NCBI RefSeq assembly: GCF_003945235.1
Contig: NZ_RSDW01000001.1
Coordinates: forward strand, 2,640,001-2,672,000
Source: Edaphobacter aggregans
GTDB lineage: Bacteria > Acidobacteriota > Terriglobia > Terriglobales > Acidobacteriaceae
Direction of reading: 5' to 3'
Length of the DNA stretch: 32,000 nt
Shown: piece after piece, positions 1-9,118 of the stretch
How positions within the stretch are numbered: the first letter of the stretch is position 1
How the letters are laid out: each line of letters starts with the position of its first letter
Translations under genes and position numbers: made by a program
The notes under the pieces: generated by a model
The model's database searches: none
What the model was told of the DNA's origin: nothing
The model's input: only the letters and a program-made list of their open reading frames with translations

Positions 1-18
1 ACCCAGAAGGCCAGATCT

Positions 19-2658
19 ATGCCCGACTCGCCCACCATCAACGCCGAACCGTCGATCGAACGGCAGAGCACTGGCCGGCGCACCGAAGATGCCCGGCGAG
101 ACTATCTGGCCCGTCTCCTCAGCCAGATGCCCGAGGCGATTGTCTGCTTTGACCGCGAATGGCGCATAACCTTTGCGAACGCTGAAGCCCACCGGGTCAG
201 CCGGATCAAGCCTGTTCATCTGAACGGCAAGAGCCACTGGGAGCTCTTTCCCGAGATGGTGGGCACACAGCTCGAACGAACTTATCGCGCCGTCATGCAG
301 TCCGGCGTGCCTGCCCATATCGAATATTTCTGCAAGCCCTACGACGTCTGGCTGGACACCCACGTCTTCCCTATGGAAGACGGTATCGCCGTCTACTTCC
401 GCGATATCACCGATCGCAAGGGCGCTGAGCTTCTCCGCGACGCAGCCTCCAACCAGCTCATGCAGGTCCTCGAGGCCACCACCGATGCCGTGGCCAGCGT
501 CGACCGCTCCGGCAAATTCACCTTCCTCAACCGTCGCGCCCGCGAACTGCTCGCCGTCAAGGGCGATCTCATCGGCAAAAACCTCTTCGAGGAGTTCCCC
601 GCTGACCTCGAACAAGGCGGCTACCTCTACCACTTCAACCGCGCCATGTACGAAGGCATTCCCGGCGACTTCGAAGACTACTATCCCGCGCCGCTCAACA
701 TGTGGCTCTCCATCCAGGTCCGCCCATCCACCGACGGCGTCGTCATCTTTTTCCGCAACATCACCGAGCGTCGGCGCGCGTACCACGAACTCCAGTTCCA
801 GCAGGAGTTGCTCAACACCGTCCAGCAGACCGCGCGCGTCGCCACCTGGGACATCGATATCGCTACCGGCAAAGCCACCTACGGCCCCGGCTCCTACCCC
901 GTCTTCGGCCATCCCCTCGCCGAGCTTCCCGATCTCAATTCCTTCACCAAAATCGTCCTCCCCGAGTATGTCCCGATCATCGACAGGCTCATCAAAACGA
1001 CCGTCGCCACCGGCGAAATGATCGTCGTCGACTGCCCCATGCGAGCCGCCGACGGCAGCATCATCTGGATCGAAAGCCGCGGCCACGCCGTCCAGGTCGA
1101 TGGCGTCTCCACCCGTCTGCGGGGCCTCAGCATCGACATCACGGACCGCAAGCACAACGAAGACGCACTCATCACCAGCGAGGCCCGCTATCGCATCCTC
1201 GCCGACCTCAACCCTCAGGCCATCTGGATGGGCACACCTGACGGACGTATCACCTACGCCAACCAGGGCCTGCTCGATTACCTCGGCTTCACTCCGGAAG
1301 ATTTCGAAGGCGAACGCTGGCTCAAAGGCTTTCATCCCGACGACCGCGCCAGCGTCATCGAACAATGGTCCCACTCCGTCGCCACAGGCCTCGACTACGA
1401 TCTCGAAGCCCGCATGATCCGCGCCCGCGACGGCCGTGCCCGCTGGTGGTGGATCCGTGCCCAGCCCGTCCGCGACGACCACGGCAACATCCTCCACTGG
1501 CTCGGTGTCAACATCGACATCGACGACCGCAAGACCTTCGCCGAAATGCTCCAGCAGCGCCAAGAGGAGACCGAGCGTCAACGCGCCGAACTCGAGACCA
1601 TCTACGAGACCGCTCCTGTAGGCCTCGCCCTCTTCGATCCCGTCGAGTTCCGCTACCTCCGCGTAAACACCCGTCAGGCCGAAACCATCGGTCTCCCCAA
1701 GGACCAGATCATCGGCCGCCGCATCACCGAGATCGCCCCACTGAAGGGCCTCCCCGAGCTCTTCCAGCAAGTCGCCGCTGGCCATCCCGTCCGCAACCAT
1801 CTCCTCGAAGGCGAACTCTCCACCCGGCCCGGCGAGCACCGCAGTTGGAACGTCAGCTACTCCCCGATCTACGACGCCAACGGTCACGTCGAAGCCATCG
1901 CCGCTGTTGTCCTCGAGATCACCAACCAACGCAAAGCCGAAGCCGCCCTCATGCAGAGCGAGAAGCTCGCCGCCGTCGGTCGCCTTGCCAGCTCCATCTC
2001 GCACGAGATCAACAATCCCCTCGAAGCCATCACCAACCTCCTCTATCTCATCGCCACATCCGATACGCTCCCCGCCGACGTCGCCGACTATGTCGCCACG
2101 GCCCAAAGCGAACTCTCCCGCGTCTGCCAGATCGCCACCCAAACCCTCCGCTTCCACCGCCAGGCCGTCCGCGCCTCCGACGTCACTCCCGCCGAGCTGG
2201 TCGACGCCGTCATCAACCTCTACCAGGGCCGCCTCGCCAACTCCGGCATCACCGTCGAAGCCACCTACGAGACCGACAGCACTCTCCACTGCTTCGAAAA
2301 CGACATCCGCCAGGTCCTCAACAACCTCATCGCCAACGCCATCGACGCCATGCGCCCGAGCGGAGGCCGTCTCATCATCCGCGCCCACGACGCTACCGAC
2401 CACCCCACCGATCGCAAAGGCGTCCGCATCACCATCGCCGACACCGGTCACGGCATGTCCCCCGCCGTCCGCGCCCGCATCTTCGAACCCTTCTTCACTA
2501 CCAAGGACCTCAACGGCACCGGTCTCGGCCTCTGGATCTCCACCGGTATCGTCAACCGCCACCAGGGCCGCCTAACCCTCCGCAGCACCGAGCACCCCAT
2601 CCACCACGGCACCATCTTCAGCCTCTTCCTGCCCTACGAAGAAACCCCCGAAGCCTAA
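19..2658 (+). CDS. Multi-PAS sensor histidine kinase (soluble; no receiver domain, no adjacent response regulator)
   Basis: 879-aa ORF with repeated PAS/PAC blocks ending in motifs such as 'FRDITDRK', 'FRNITERRRA', 'SIDITDRKHNE', 'NIDIDDRK' and 'LEITNQRKAE'. H-box 'SISHEINNPLEAI', N-box 'LNNLIANAIDAM', G1 'DTGHGM', G2 'GTGLGLWIS'. The ATG at 19 follows AGAAGG. The frame is open to the window edge, so an upstream start cannot be excluded. Confidence 0.93.
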   Translation: MPDSPTINAEPSIERQSTGRRTEDARRDYLARLLSQMPEAIVCFDREWRITFANAEAHRVSRIKPVHLNGKSHWELFPEMVGTQLERTYRAVMQSGVPAHIEYFCKPYDVWLDTHVFPMEDGIAVYFRDITDRKGAELLRDAASNQLMQVLEATTDAVASVDRSGKFTFLNRRARELLAVKGDLIGKNLFEEFPADLEQGGYLYHFNRAMYEGIPGDFEDYYPAPLNMWLSIQVRPSTDGVVIFFRNITERRRAYHELQFQQELLNTVQQTARVATWDIDIATGKATYGPGSYPVFGHPLAELPDLNSFTKIVLPEYVPIIDRLIKTTVATGEMIVVDCPMRAADGSIIWIESRGHAVQVDGVSTRLRGLSIDITDRKHNEDALITSEARYRILADLNPQAIWMGTPDGRITYANQGLLDYLGFTPEDFEGERWLKGFHPDDRASVIEQWSHSVATGLDYDLEARMIRARDGRARWWWIRAQPVRDDHGNILHWLGVNIDIDDRKTFAEMLQQRQEETERQRAELETIYETAPVGLALFDPVEFRYLRVNTRQAETIGLPKDQIIGRRITEIAPLKGLPELFQQVAAGHPVRNHLLEGELSTRPGEHRSWNVSYSPIYDANGHVEAIAAVVLEITNQRKAEAALMQSEKLAAVGRLASSISHEINNPLEAITNLLYLIATSDTLPADVADYVATAQSELSRVCQIATQTLRFHRQAVRASDVTPAELVDAVINLYQGRLANSGITVEATYETDSTLHCFENDIRQVLNNLIANAIDAMRPSGGRLIIRAHDATDHPTDRKGVRITIADTGHGMSPAVRARIFEPFFTTKDLNGTGLGLWISTGIVNRHQGRLTLRSTEHPIHHGTIFSLFLPYEETPEA

Positions 2659-2678
2659 CCACTCCTCCTACAGTCGCC

Positions 2679-2790
2679 TTTGTTCTTGCCGTCGTCTGTT
2701 TTTGCTTGTCATTCTGAGCGAAAGCTAAGAACCCCCGCATTTTGCTTTTGCCGTTGCTTGTTCTTGCCGTTGTTTGTTCTTGCAGTTGCC
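2679..2790 (+). repeat. Intergenic repeat cluster L: T-rich 'TTGTTCTTGCCGTyG'-type short units plus one hairpin box 'GTCATTCTGAGCGAAAGCTAAGAACCC' (2708-2736, GAAA loop)
   Basis: Read directly. 'ttgttcttgccgtcgtctg', 'ttttgcttttgccgttgc', 'ttgttcttgccgttgtttg' and 'ttgttcttgcagttgcc' are degenerate copies of one unit. The box is an imperfect palindrome. The same family recurs at 3305-3460 in the same orientation. Confidence 0.75.
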
Positions 2791-2897
2791 AGACCACCCC
2801 GAACCAATCCAGATACCAAATTTCTTCTCTTTCCAATAACACCTTTGGGGCATACTCTATCTTTCAAACAAAGGGTCTGCACCACAGGAGAAACGCC

Positions 2898-3269
2898 ATG
2901 CCCGTTTCACTCCATCCCAGCCCCATCGAGACGCCAGTATCCCTTCTACACGCGCAGTCGCTCGAATCCACCATTCAACTCCACCTCGAAGCCTGCCTCT
3001 CCTGGACACCCTCGCAACCCAACGCCCAACCTCTCTGGTCGGCGGTCCGCGCTGCCGCCACAAACTACATGATGAGCCTCTTCACTCAGGGCAAGCTCTT
3101 GGGAACCTCTCCGTCGCAAGCCTTCTTCGTCAAATGCGACCAAACCACCACCACCCAGGTGGACATCGACCACAGCATAGCCAATCTCCTCGTAGGCTTC
3201 GCCTCCACCAAGCCCGCCGAGTTCTCCACGATCCGCCTCGCCCTCCATACCGCCGCCCCAAATTTATAA
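2898..3269 (+). CDS. Phage tail sheath C-terminal-domain protein (stand-alone ~123-aa fragment of a contractile sheath)
   Basis: The tail '...QPNAQPLWSAVRAAATNYMMSLFTQGKLLGTSPSQAFFVKCDQTTTTQVDIDHSIANLLVGFASTKPAEFSTIRL' follows the sheath C-terminal pattern as I recall it (EPN..LW..IR......G...G..P..AFFVKCD..T....DID.G.....VG.AP.KPAEF). The ATG at 2898 follows 'caGGAGaaacgcc'. The 52 codons upstream in the track ORF (2742-2897) are a translation of the repeat cluster. Codon bias is host-like (C-ending). Confidence 0.7.
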   Translation: MPVSLHPSPIETPVSLLHAQSLESTIQLHLEACLSWTPSQPNAQPLWSAVRAAATNYMMSLFTQGKLLGTSPSQAFFVKCDQTTTTQVDIDHSIANLLVGFASTKPAEFSTIRLALHTAAPNL

Positions 3270-3304
3270 GCCGCGCCGCTGCATTGCCCTAATATGTCCC
3301 TTTC

Positions 3305-3460
3305 AGTTGTCATCCTTCCGCGAGCGGGAGGATCTACTTCTGTCTTTTGCCGTTGTCTGTCCTTTTGGTTGTCATCCCGTAGGGATCTGCTTCTGTCTTT
3401 GCCGTTGCCTGTTCTCTTTCACCCAAAACCTCGTCATCTCGACCGAAGCAAGGGATCGAT
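3305..3460 (+). repeat. Intergenic repeat cluster R: three hairpin boxes (3309-3335 'GTCATCCTTCCGCGAGCGGGAGGATCT', 3371-3388 'GTCATCCCGTAGGGATCT', 3433-3458 'GTCATCTCGACCGAAGCAAGGGATCG') separated by 'CTGTCTTTTGCCGTTGyCTG' units
   Basis: Read directly. Same family and orientation as 2679-2790. Box 2 can form a ~9-10-bp stem. The last box abuts the stop codon (3460-3462) of the minus-strand glycosyltransferase gene. Confidence 0.75.
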
Positions 3461-5472
3461 CAACTCACAGTTTGAGCCATCTTCTTCTGCACCCTCGGAA
3501 CCCACTCCTCCTGAGCTCCCGGCTCCATAGTCTTCACCAACTCGGCAGCCTGCGCGTAGGCAACTTTCGCCTCATCCTTCCGACCCAAAGCCACCAGGGC
3601 ATCTCCCAGAGCCATCTGCGCCGTCAGGCTGTTGGGCGCAATGGCGACCGCCTGTTGCGCCTCGGCCAGTGCACCCTCCGGCTGTTTATGTTTCAACAAC
3701 GCTTCAGACTGCTGCACATGACTCCAGGCAGCAGCGATCGGTATCTCAAACTTCCCTTCGTAAACCAGCACGCCACCCTGAATCTGCCCCACCGGTTGCA
3801 GCCCCTGGAATTCGCGATACGGATTCAGCACATTCGACCCCAGCTCAAACCCCGTCAGTGTGCCCTCACTGATCAGCACCGTCCCTTCGATCGTCGCCGG
3901 AACCGGCTGCTGCACGTCGAAGAACAGCGAGTCGGGAGTAGGCAGCGGCTTGCAGGGAATCCCATAGTCCGCAGACAGCAGCCCCGGATTGGCAAAGTAA
4001 GCGAACCAGCAGTCCTTGATACCATGCTCATCCGTATACTTCTTCACCGCAATCAACTGCTGCGCCCAGTCCGTATTCGAGTCTGTCAGATACTTGTGCG
4101 TCTGGCTCGGTCCACCCCAGAGGACATTCGAGTAAGCCATATAGTTCGGATAAGCCAGCGCCGACGCCGATACATGCATCGCCAACAAAAACCCCACAGC
4201 ATACGCCCAAACCTTGTTCCACCCACGCGACTCAACCCAGGCCCACGCGCCCCCCGCCGCGAACACGCACAAAAACACCCAAATCGGCAGAATATGCCGA
4301 GCCCCGATATTCAAATGCGACGTCATCGCAACGAACAGATAAATCCCAGGCGGCACCGTAAGAAACAAAATCTCCCGCCATCGTCGGAACCATCCTGCAA
4401 TCACAGCGGCCACAGCCAGCAACACCAACCCCAGAAAACCCAGCGTCGATTTGATCAACAGCACAACCGGGAAGTAATACCAGAGTCCATGCTCATAGAC
4501 CTTGCCCATGAAGTAGCTCGGCATCCCATTCGCCATCGCCCGCACATCCGCCAGCCCATACAGATACGACTCCGGCAGAACACGATACTTCGCCAACAGC
4601 AAGATGCCCTTGGCCTCCACAGGCTTCAGCGGCATCACATACTGCGCCAGCGTAGGATCAAGCCGCAACGCACCCGGCCGGGCGTTGTATCGAAACCCAT
4701 AGAACGCCCAAAGCACCACAACCGCAATCACCGCAACCCCAGCCAGCCCCCCCACTAGCCGCAACGCCCGCTTCCCTCGCTCATCCCCGTTGAAACGAAA
4801 AACGACCTCACAAGCAGCCAGCGCAACCAGCATCGGCAACAGCAAAACAGCCGAGTGTTTCGTAGCCAAAGCCAGCCCAACAGCCAGACCCGCAACCACC
4901 AGCCTCCCCACCGAAGGCACCTTGCAATACCGATAGAACGCATATACCGAAGCAAAGAAAAAGCACGAAACACCAACATCCGTCGTAACAAACGCCCCGT
5001 GAGCCAGCACATTCGGCTCAAACACCAGCAACACCAGAGCCACAAAACCCGCGCCAACGCCGAACATCTCGTACGCCGCCAGAAACACCAACAAGCCCAG
5101 CAGAATCGCCACGGTCAAATTCGCCATTCGCATGCGAAACGTCAGCATCTTCGCGTACTCAGGACCTTTGGCGAAGAGCATCTCTCGCCCATCCATATAA
5201 GCTTCGGTCTTGAAGTAGCGATGCTGATCCGACGGAATCGTCAGCGGCTGACCGAGCAGCGGCAGCGTGCCCAACAGTTTCATCAACGGTGGATGCTCAG
5301 GATTCAGCCCATAGTCATGCGTCTTCCACATCATGTACCCGGCGAAGATATGATCGCCCTCGTCCCAGGTAAGCGACTCCTGATGCACCGTAAAGGCAAT
5401 CTGCAGTCCGAACACAAGCAGTAAGAGACACACTCCAGCAAGGACAAGGGGACGACGCAATGGCTTATTCAT
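3460..5472 (-). CDS. GT-C fold glycosyltransferase, family 39 / ArnT-PMT-like, with C-terminal TPR region
   Basis: 670 aa and polytopic. After TM1 comes the acidic loop 'SLTWDEGDHIFAGYMMW...GLNPEHPPLMKLL' typical of ArnT/PMT-type enzymes. The C-terminus carries TPR-like repeats ('AEAQQAVAIAPNSLTAQMALGDALVALGRKDEAKVAYAQAAEL'). ATG at 5472. Confidence 0.9.
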   Translation of the reverse strand: MNKPLRRPLVLAGVCLLLLVFGLQIAFTVHQESLTWDEGDHIFAGYMMWKTHDYGLNPEHPPLMKLLGTLPLLGQPLTIPSDQHRYFKTEAYMDGREMLFAKGPEYAKMLTFRMRMANLTVAILLGLLVFLAAYEMFGVGAGFVALVLLVFEPNVLAHGAFVTTDVGVSCFFFASVYAFYRYCKVPSVGRLVVAGLAVGLALATKHSAVLLLPMLVALAACEVVFRFNGDERGKRALRLVGGLAGVAVIAVVVLWAFYGFRYNARPGALRLDPTLAQYVMPLKPVEAKGILLLAKYRVLPESYLYGLADVRAMANGMPSYFMGKVYEHGLWYYFPVVLLIKSTLGFLGLVLLAVAAVIAGWFRRWREILFLTVPPGIYLFVAMTSHLNIGARHILPIWVFLCVFAAGGAWAWVESRGWNKVWAYAVGFLLAMHVSASALAYPNYMAYSNVLWGGPSQTHKYLTDSNTDWAQQLIAVKKYTDEHGIKDCWFAYFANPGLLSADYGIPCKPLPTPDSLFFDVQQPVPATIEGTVLISEGTLTGFELGSNVLNPYREFQGLQPVGQIQGGVLVYEGKFEIPIAAAWSHVQQSEALLKHKQPEGALAEAQQAVAIAPNSLTAQMALGDALVALGRKDEAKVAYAQAAELVKTMEPGAQEEWVPRVQKKMAQTVS

Positions 5473-5497
5473 AGACTGCTACATCCTAAACGGATGA

Positions 5498-6178
5498 CTA
5501 CATCTCTGCCCACCGCCGCAGCAGATTGTGATACACCCCAGTCAGCTGGACCCCCGCGGCATTCCCCGGAACCTCCACCGCCAGCCGCTGGATCGCCGTA
5601 TCCAGGTCAAACAGCAGCGTCCTGTCACCATCGCTCCGAATCATGCTCTGCACCCAGAAGAACGATGCCACCCGAGCCCCACGCGTCACCGGCTCCACCC
5701 GATGCAGGCTAGTCGCCGGATACAGCACCATATGCCCCGCCGGCAGCTTCACCGAGTGCGACCCATACGTATCCTCCACCAGCAACTCCCCTCCGTCATA
5801 CTCCTCCGGAGCTGACAGAAACAACGTAGCCGAAACATCCGTCCGAATCCTCTGCCCCGTCGTAGCCATCGCCCGAATCGCCGTATCCACATGCGTCCCG
5901 AAATGCCCTCCACCCGTATACCGGTTGAACATCGGCGGAAACACCCGCAGCGGCAGCGCCGCCGACATGAACAATGGCGAACGAGCCAGTGCCCCCAGCA
6001 CCATCTCGCCCAGCTCCACCGCCGCCGGATGCCCCTCCGGCAGCTGATGATTCTCCTTCACCCGCTGCGCCTGATACCCCGCAGTCACCTTCCCATCCAC
6101 CCACTCCGCTGCATCCAGCTTCGCCCGCGCCTGCGCTACCTCGCCCACATTCAAAACATCCGGAATCGTAATCAGCAT
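5498..6178 (-). CDS. piuC: Fe(II)/2-oxoglutarate-dependent PKHD-type hydroxylase (PiuC/YbiX family)
   Basis: 226 aa. The N-terminus 'MLITIPDVL...A..WVDGK.TAG.QA..VK.N.QL' and the core '[19 protein letters not shown]...[20 protein letters not shown]...[26 protein letters not shown]...FFW.QS' match the YbiX/PiuC layout. RBS is GAGGAG. It lies directly downstream of a TonB-dependent receptor, as in fiu-ybiX and piuA-piuC. Confidence 0.9.
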   Translation of the reverse strand: MLITIPDVLNVGEVAQARAKLDAAEWVDGKVTAGYQAQRVKENHQLPEGHPAAVELGEMVLGALARSPLFMSAALPLRVFPPMFNRYTGGGHFGTHVDTAIRAMATTGQRIRTDVSATLFLSAPEEYDGGELLVEDTYGSHSVKLPAGHMVLYPATSLHRVEPVTRGARVASFFWVQSMIRSDGDRTLLFDLDTAIQRLAVEVPGNAAGVQLTGVYHNLLRRWAEM

Positions 6179-6212
6179 TCTCTACTCCTCTAACTTACTT
6201 ACTAGCTGCAAA

Positions 6213-6249
6213 AGTAAGTCGGCCTAGATAATCTCCAGGCCGACTTACT
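6213..6249 (-). terminator. 13-bp stem-loop between the receptor gene and piuC (terminator or attenuator-like)
   Basis: 'agtaagtcggcct' (6213-6225) pairs perfectly with 'aggccgacttact' (6237-6249) around an 11-nt loop. Only a short U-run follows on the minus strand. Confidence 0.5.
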
Positions 6250-6262
6250 CACCCACTTCAAC

Positions 6263-8920
6263 TTAGAACTTGAAGTTCACACCGATCAGCGCACTCAATC
6301 CAGCTCCCGGAACCAGATGGCTCGGATGCGGCAGATCAATATAGAAGCGATTGGCCAGGTTGTACACATTCGCCTGCAACTCCAGCCGATCCGTCACAGG
6401 ACGCCGCAGCATCGCATTGAACACCCAGTACCCCGGTACCTGTTTCATCCCAGTCGACAGCACCTGATAACACGTCGTCGCCGTCACGCCGCACGGCGCC
6501 GAACCGGCAGCAAACGTCTTCGCCGGTCCATAGGTCAGGGGAACGAACGGCACCGTCGAACTAGCCGTCCTGCTGCCAACATAGTTCCCGCCGAGTCCGG
6601 CATTCAATCGCCACGGCAGCTTATGCGTCACGAACAGGTTGAACGTCTGCTTAGGCACATTCGCCAGCGGGTACCCTACCGAGGTCGGGAAGAACTTCGA
6701 GTAGATCACTTCGCTATCGAGATACGCATAGCCTGCGACGATATCCAATCCATCCGGCAGCCTACCTACAACACTGAACTGCACACCCTTCACCAACTGA
6801 TTGCCTGCTGCAACAATATTGTTCGAGTTCGTCGGATCCGTCTCACGCGCATTGTCCTTCTCCGTGCGGAATAGAGCACCTTCCATTAGCAGGCGTTCGT
6901 TCAGGAAACTCCACTTCGTGCCTACTTCGTATGTCTGGTTCTCCTCCGGCTCGGCAGTTCCATTCACCAACCCGACACTCAGGCTCAGCGACTCCGCCGC
7001 CGGATTGAAGCTCGTCCCATAGTCGAAATAAATGCTGCCATGGCTCGAAGGCTTATAAACAAAGGCTGCTCGATAGGTCGGCTGTTGGTCGATGCGGTTG
7101 ATCGGTGGGACTGCCGCGGTCACTGTTCCACCAGTAGGCGGTGTCGGCTGATACAGGTTGTATCCCGTATCGAACCTGTCCCACCGAACGCCGCCGCTAA
7201 GGTCGAAATGCTGTCCCAGCTTCAGCGTATCCACGAAGTACAGCCCCACGCTCTTCGACTTCGTATGCACGATCGACGTGATATACCCCGTCCCCGCAAA
7301 CGGCTGCTGCGTATTCGGGTTCAACAGCGTCGCAGACGGCACCGTATTAATGTTGTTGATCGTATAGCTGGTCCGAATCGGATTCGAAATCTCCTGTCCG
7401 CCTTCCACACCCGCCGCCAACGCATTCTTTATACCGAAGGTCTTGAACCGTGCCGTCACTTCGGTCTGGTTCCACAGATCGCCTTCCACGCTCTTCACTT
7501 GGATCTGATTGCGATTCACCACAATCGTGCTGGGATCGCTCGCCGGCGTAAACGCGCAGGTCAACTTCGAGTTCACAGCCGAGGTCGGCAGAGACGGAAC
7601 CCATCCACCCACAGGCACGCTGGCCGAAGCATTCGAACAAATCTGCGGTTCCGTAATCATTGCTTGCCGAGGATAATTCGCCGCGCGTGAAATCGAATGC
7701 AGATTCACGTTCGGCGTAAACTCGTGATCCGCTCGCAACGTAACAATGTCGTCATTCGTTCGAAGGTAGTTCTGATCCGGGAAGCCATAGTAATGATGCC
7801 GAATCGGTCCGGGCGCGACGCCATTGGCGAGCCACGGCAACCCGTAGTCCGGTGTATCGCTCTCCGTCAGGTGCACGTAACTCAACGTCGCATGCGTTGG
7901 CGTATTCAAACCAATCGAGACCGACGGCGCAACTCCAAAACGGCGCAACTCAGCGTAGTCGCGACCTGCCACACCGCTTTCCTGACCCATGAAGTTCGCG
8001 CGAAACGCCGTTCCACCCATCACATCCAGCGCGGGTTCATTGATGTCCGCCGTAATCCTACGCGTCTTGTCCGTGCCAAACTGCGCCTGCACATTCACGA
8101 ACTGCTTCACCGCGGGAACCTTGCTCTCCTGGTTCACCACCCCGCCCGTCGAACCGCGTCCAAACTGAACTCCTGCCGGCCCCTCCAACGCCTCGACCTG
8201 CTCAAAGTTGAAAGAGTCACGATAGTAGCTGCCGAAATCACGAATCCCATCAAGGAAGATATCGTTGCGCGCCGTAAAACCACGAATCGTCAGGTTGTCT
8301 CCCTGCGCACCAGCCTCACCCGCCGCCAGACTGATCCCCGGCACATTCCTCAGCGCATCCCGCAACGTCGACACACCCTGATCCTTCATCACGAACTGCG
8401 GCACCACGCTCACACTCTGCGGCGTCTCCAGCAGCGGCTCCGTAAATTTGGACATCGATACTTCATTCGCCACGGACGCCGTCACCGACACCGAATCCTT
8501 CGCCTGCACTCCCACCACCAGCGTCGTTGCATCTTCAACGCGGTAGTTCAGCCCCGTCCCCTCCAGAAGCAGCCGCATCGCCTCTTCCTCCGGATACAGC
8601 CCCGAAACTCCCTGCGACTTGAAGCCGGCAAGCGTCCCCGTCGGCAGCACAACCTTCACCGTCAAACCCGTAGCCTTCTCGTAAGCTGCAATCGCCTCAT
8701 CCAGCGGCCCCGCTCCGATGTTGAAGCGCTTCAGCGGCAAGCTAGCCTCGGCGCCACCCGCCGCGCCCGACCCTGCACCAACAACCTTCTCTTCGTAAGC
8801 CAACGCCTGCCTGGTCCCACCCATCACCGCATAGGCCGCTAGCGTTCCTGCCGCGATCCACCCCCGCGAACCACTAAAACCAGTCCGCCCCTTCTTACCC
8901 ACCCTCGAACTCCTCTTCAT
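6263..8920 (-). CDS. TonB-dependent siderophore-type receptor with N-terminal STN (secretin/TonB N-terminal) signalling domain
   Basis: Signal peptide 'MKRSSRVGKKGRTGFSGSRGWIAAGTLAAYAVMGG'. STN-like 'LKRFNIGAGPLDEAIAAYEKATGLTVKV'. Plug 'ETPQSVSVVPQFVMKDQGVSTLRDALRNVPGISL...GDNLTIRGF'. Terminal 'IGVNFKF'. Start moved to the ATG at 8920 (RBS 'GGAGaaagacg'). The track start at 9037 adds 39 non-signal residues. Confidence 0.9.
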   Translation of the reverse strand: MKRSSRVGKKGRTGFSGSRGWIAAGTLAAYAVMGGTRQALAYEEKVVGAGSGAAGGAEASLPLKRFNIGAGPLDEAIAAYEKATGLTVKVVLPTGTLAGFKSQGVSGLYPEEEAMRLLLEGTGLNYRVEDATTLVVGVQAKDSVSVTASVANEVSMSKFTEPLLETPQSVSVVPQFVMKDQGVSTLRDALRNVPGISLAAGEAGAQGDNLTIRGFTARNDIFLDGIRDFGSYYRDSFNFEQVEALEGPAGVQFGRGSTGGVVNQESKVPAVKQFVNVQAQFGTDKTRRITADINEPALDVMGGTAFRANFMGQESGVAGRDYAELRRFGVAPSVSIGLNTPTHATLSYVHLTESDTPDYGLPWLANGVAPGPIRHHYYGFPDQNYLRTNDDIVTLRADHEFTPNVNLHSISRAANYPRQAMITEPQICSNASASVPVGGWVPSLPTSAVNSKLTCAFTPASDPSTIVVNRNQIQVKSVEGDLWNQTEVTARFKTFGIKNALAAGVEGGQEISNPIRTSYTINNINTVPSATLLNPNTQQPFAGTGYITSIVHTKSKSVGLYFVDTLKLGQHFDLSGGVRWDRFDTGYNLYQPTPPTGGTVTAAVPPINRIDQQPTYRAAFVYKPSSHGSIYFDYGTSFNPAAESLSLSVGLVNGTAEPEENQTYEVGTKWSFLNERLLMEGALFRTEKDNARETDPTNSNNIVAAGNQLVKGVQFSVVGRLPDGLDIVAGYAYLDSEVIYSKFFPTSVGYPLANVPKQTFNLFVTHKLPWRLNAGLGGNYVGSRTASSTVPFVPLTYGPAKTFAAGSAPCGVTATTCYQVLSTGMKQVPGYWVFNAMLRRPVTDRLELQANVYNLANRFYIDLPHPSHLVPGAGLSALIGVNFKF

Positions 8921-9089
8921 CGTCTTTCTCCTGACCTCAATCGCCCGTCGCTCAACCGAAAAAGTCGCGCAAAGGGGCCATAACCGCTCACCGGCCTCTC
9001 CCGCGACGGCAATCATGGCCACCGCAGAAACCGGCACGCATCTTGATCTAAGAATTGAAGGAGGATGGAGAAGAGATCGACGAACTCAA

Positions 9090-9118
9090 TTGAACCCGTC
9101 GAACTGCGACTCTATAAT
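9090..9118 (+). promoter_or_regulatory. Sigma70-like promoter on the plus strand (TTGAAC-N17-TATAAT), antisense to the receptor leader
   Basis: TTGAAC at 9090-9095, a 17-nt spacer, and a perfect TATAAT at 9113-9118. No plus-strand gene lies downstream, so function is unknown. Confidence 0.35.

Noticed and set aside
485-2717. Alternate-frame ORFs within the histidine kinase gene (for example 1365-2717, 450 aa, Arg/Pro-rich)
   Set aside because: They are in the same region as a kinase with clear PAS, HisKA and HATPase motifs. Their translations are R/P/S-rich nonsense typical of shifted GC-rich frames.
2742-2897. 52-codon N-terminal extension of the sheath-fragment ORF ('MLLPLLVLAVVCSCSCQ...')
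   Set aside because: This sequence is a translation of the T-rich repeat cluster. The ATG at 2898 has its own SD sequence, and sheath homology begins only after it.
2679-3460. CRISPR-like appearance of the short periodic 'TTGCCGTTG' and 'GTCATyC' repeats
   Set aside because: The units are degenerate and irregularly spaced, with no unique spacers of constant length and no cas genes. A coding gene sits in the middle. This is a dispersed REP/MITE-like family, not a CRISPR array.
3307-4758. 483-aa plus-strand ORF antisense to the GT39 gene
   Set aside because: It starts inside the repeat cluster. Its product is R/Q/H/P-rich with no motif, while the opposite strand encodes a coherent polytopic glycosyltransferase.
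6317-8842. Plus-strand ORFs of 185, 216 and 381 aa antisense to the STN-domain receptor
   Set aside because: Their products are Arg/His-rich and low-complexity. The minus strand encodes a complete receptor (signal peptide, STN domain, plug, barrel, terminal Phe).
8921-9037. 39-codon N-terminal extension of the receptor ORF ('MPVSAVAMIAVAGEAGERLW...')
   Set aside because: The extension has no signal-peptide character. The internal ATG at 8920 has a GGAG RBS and is followed directly by a basic, hydrophobic signal sequence.
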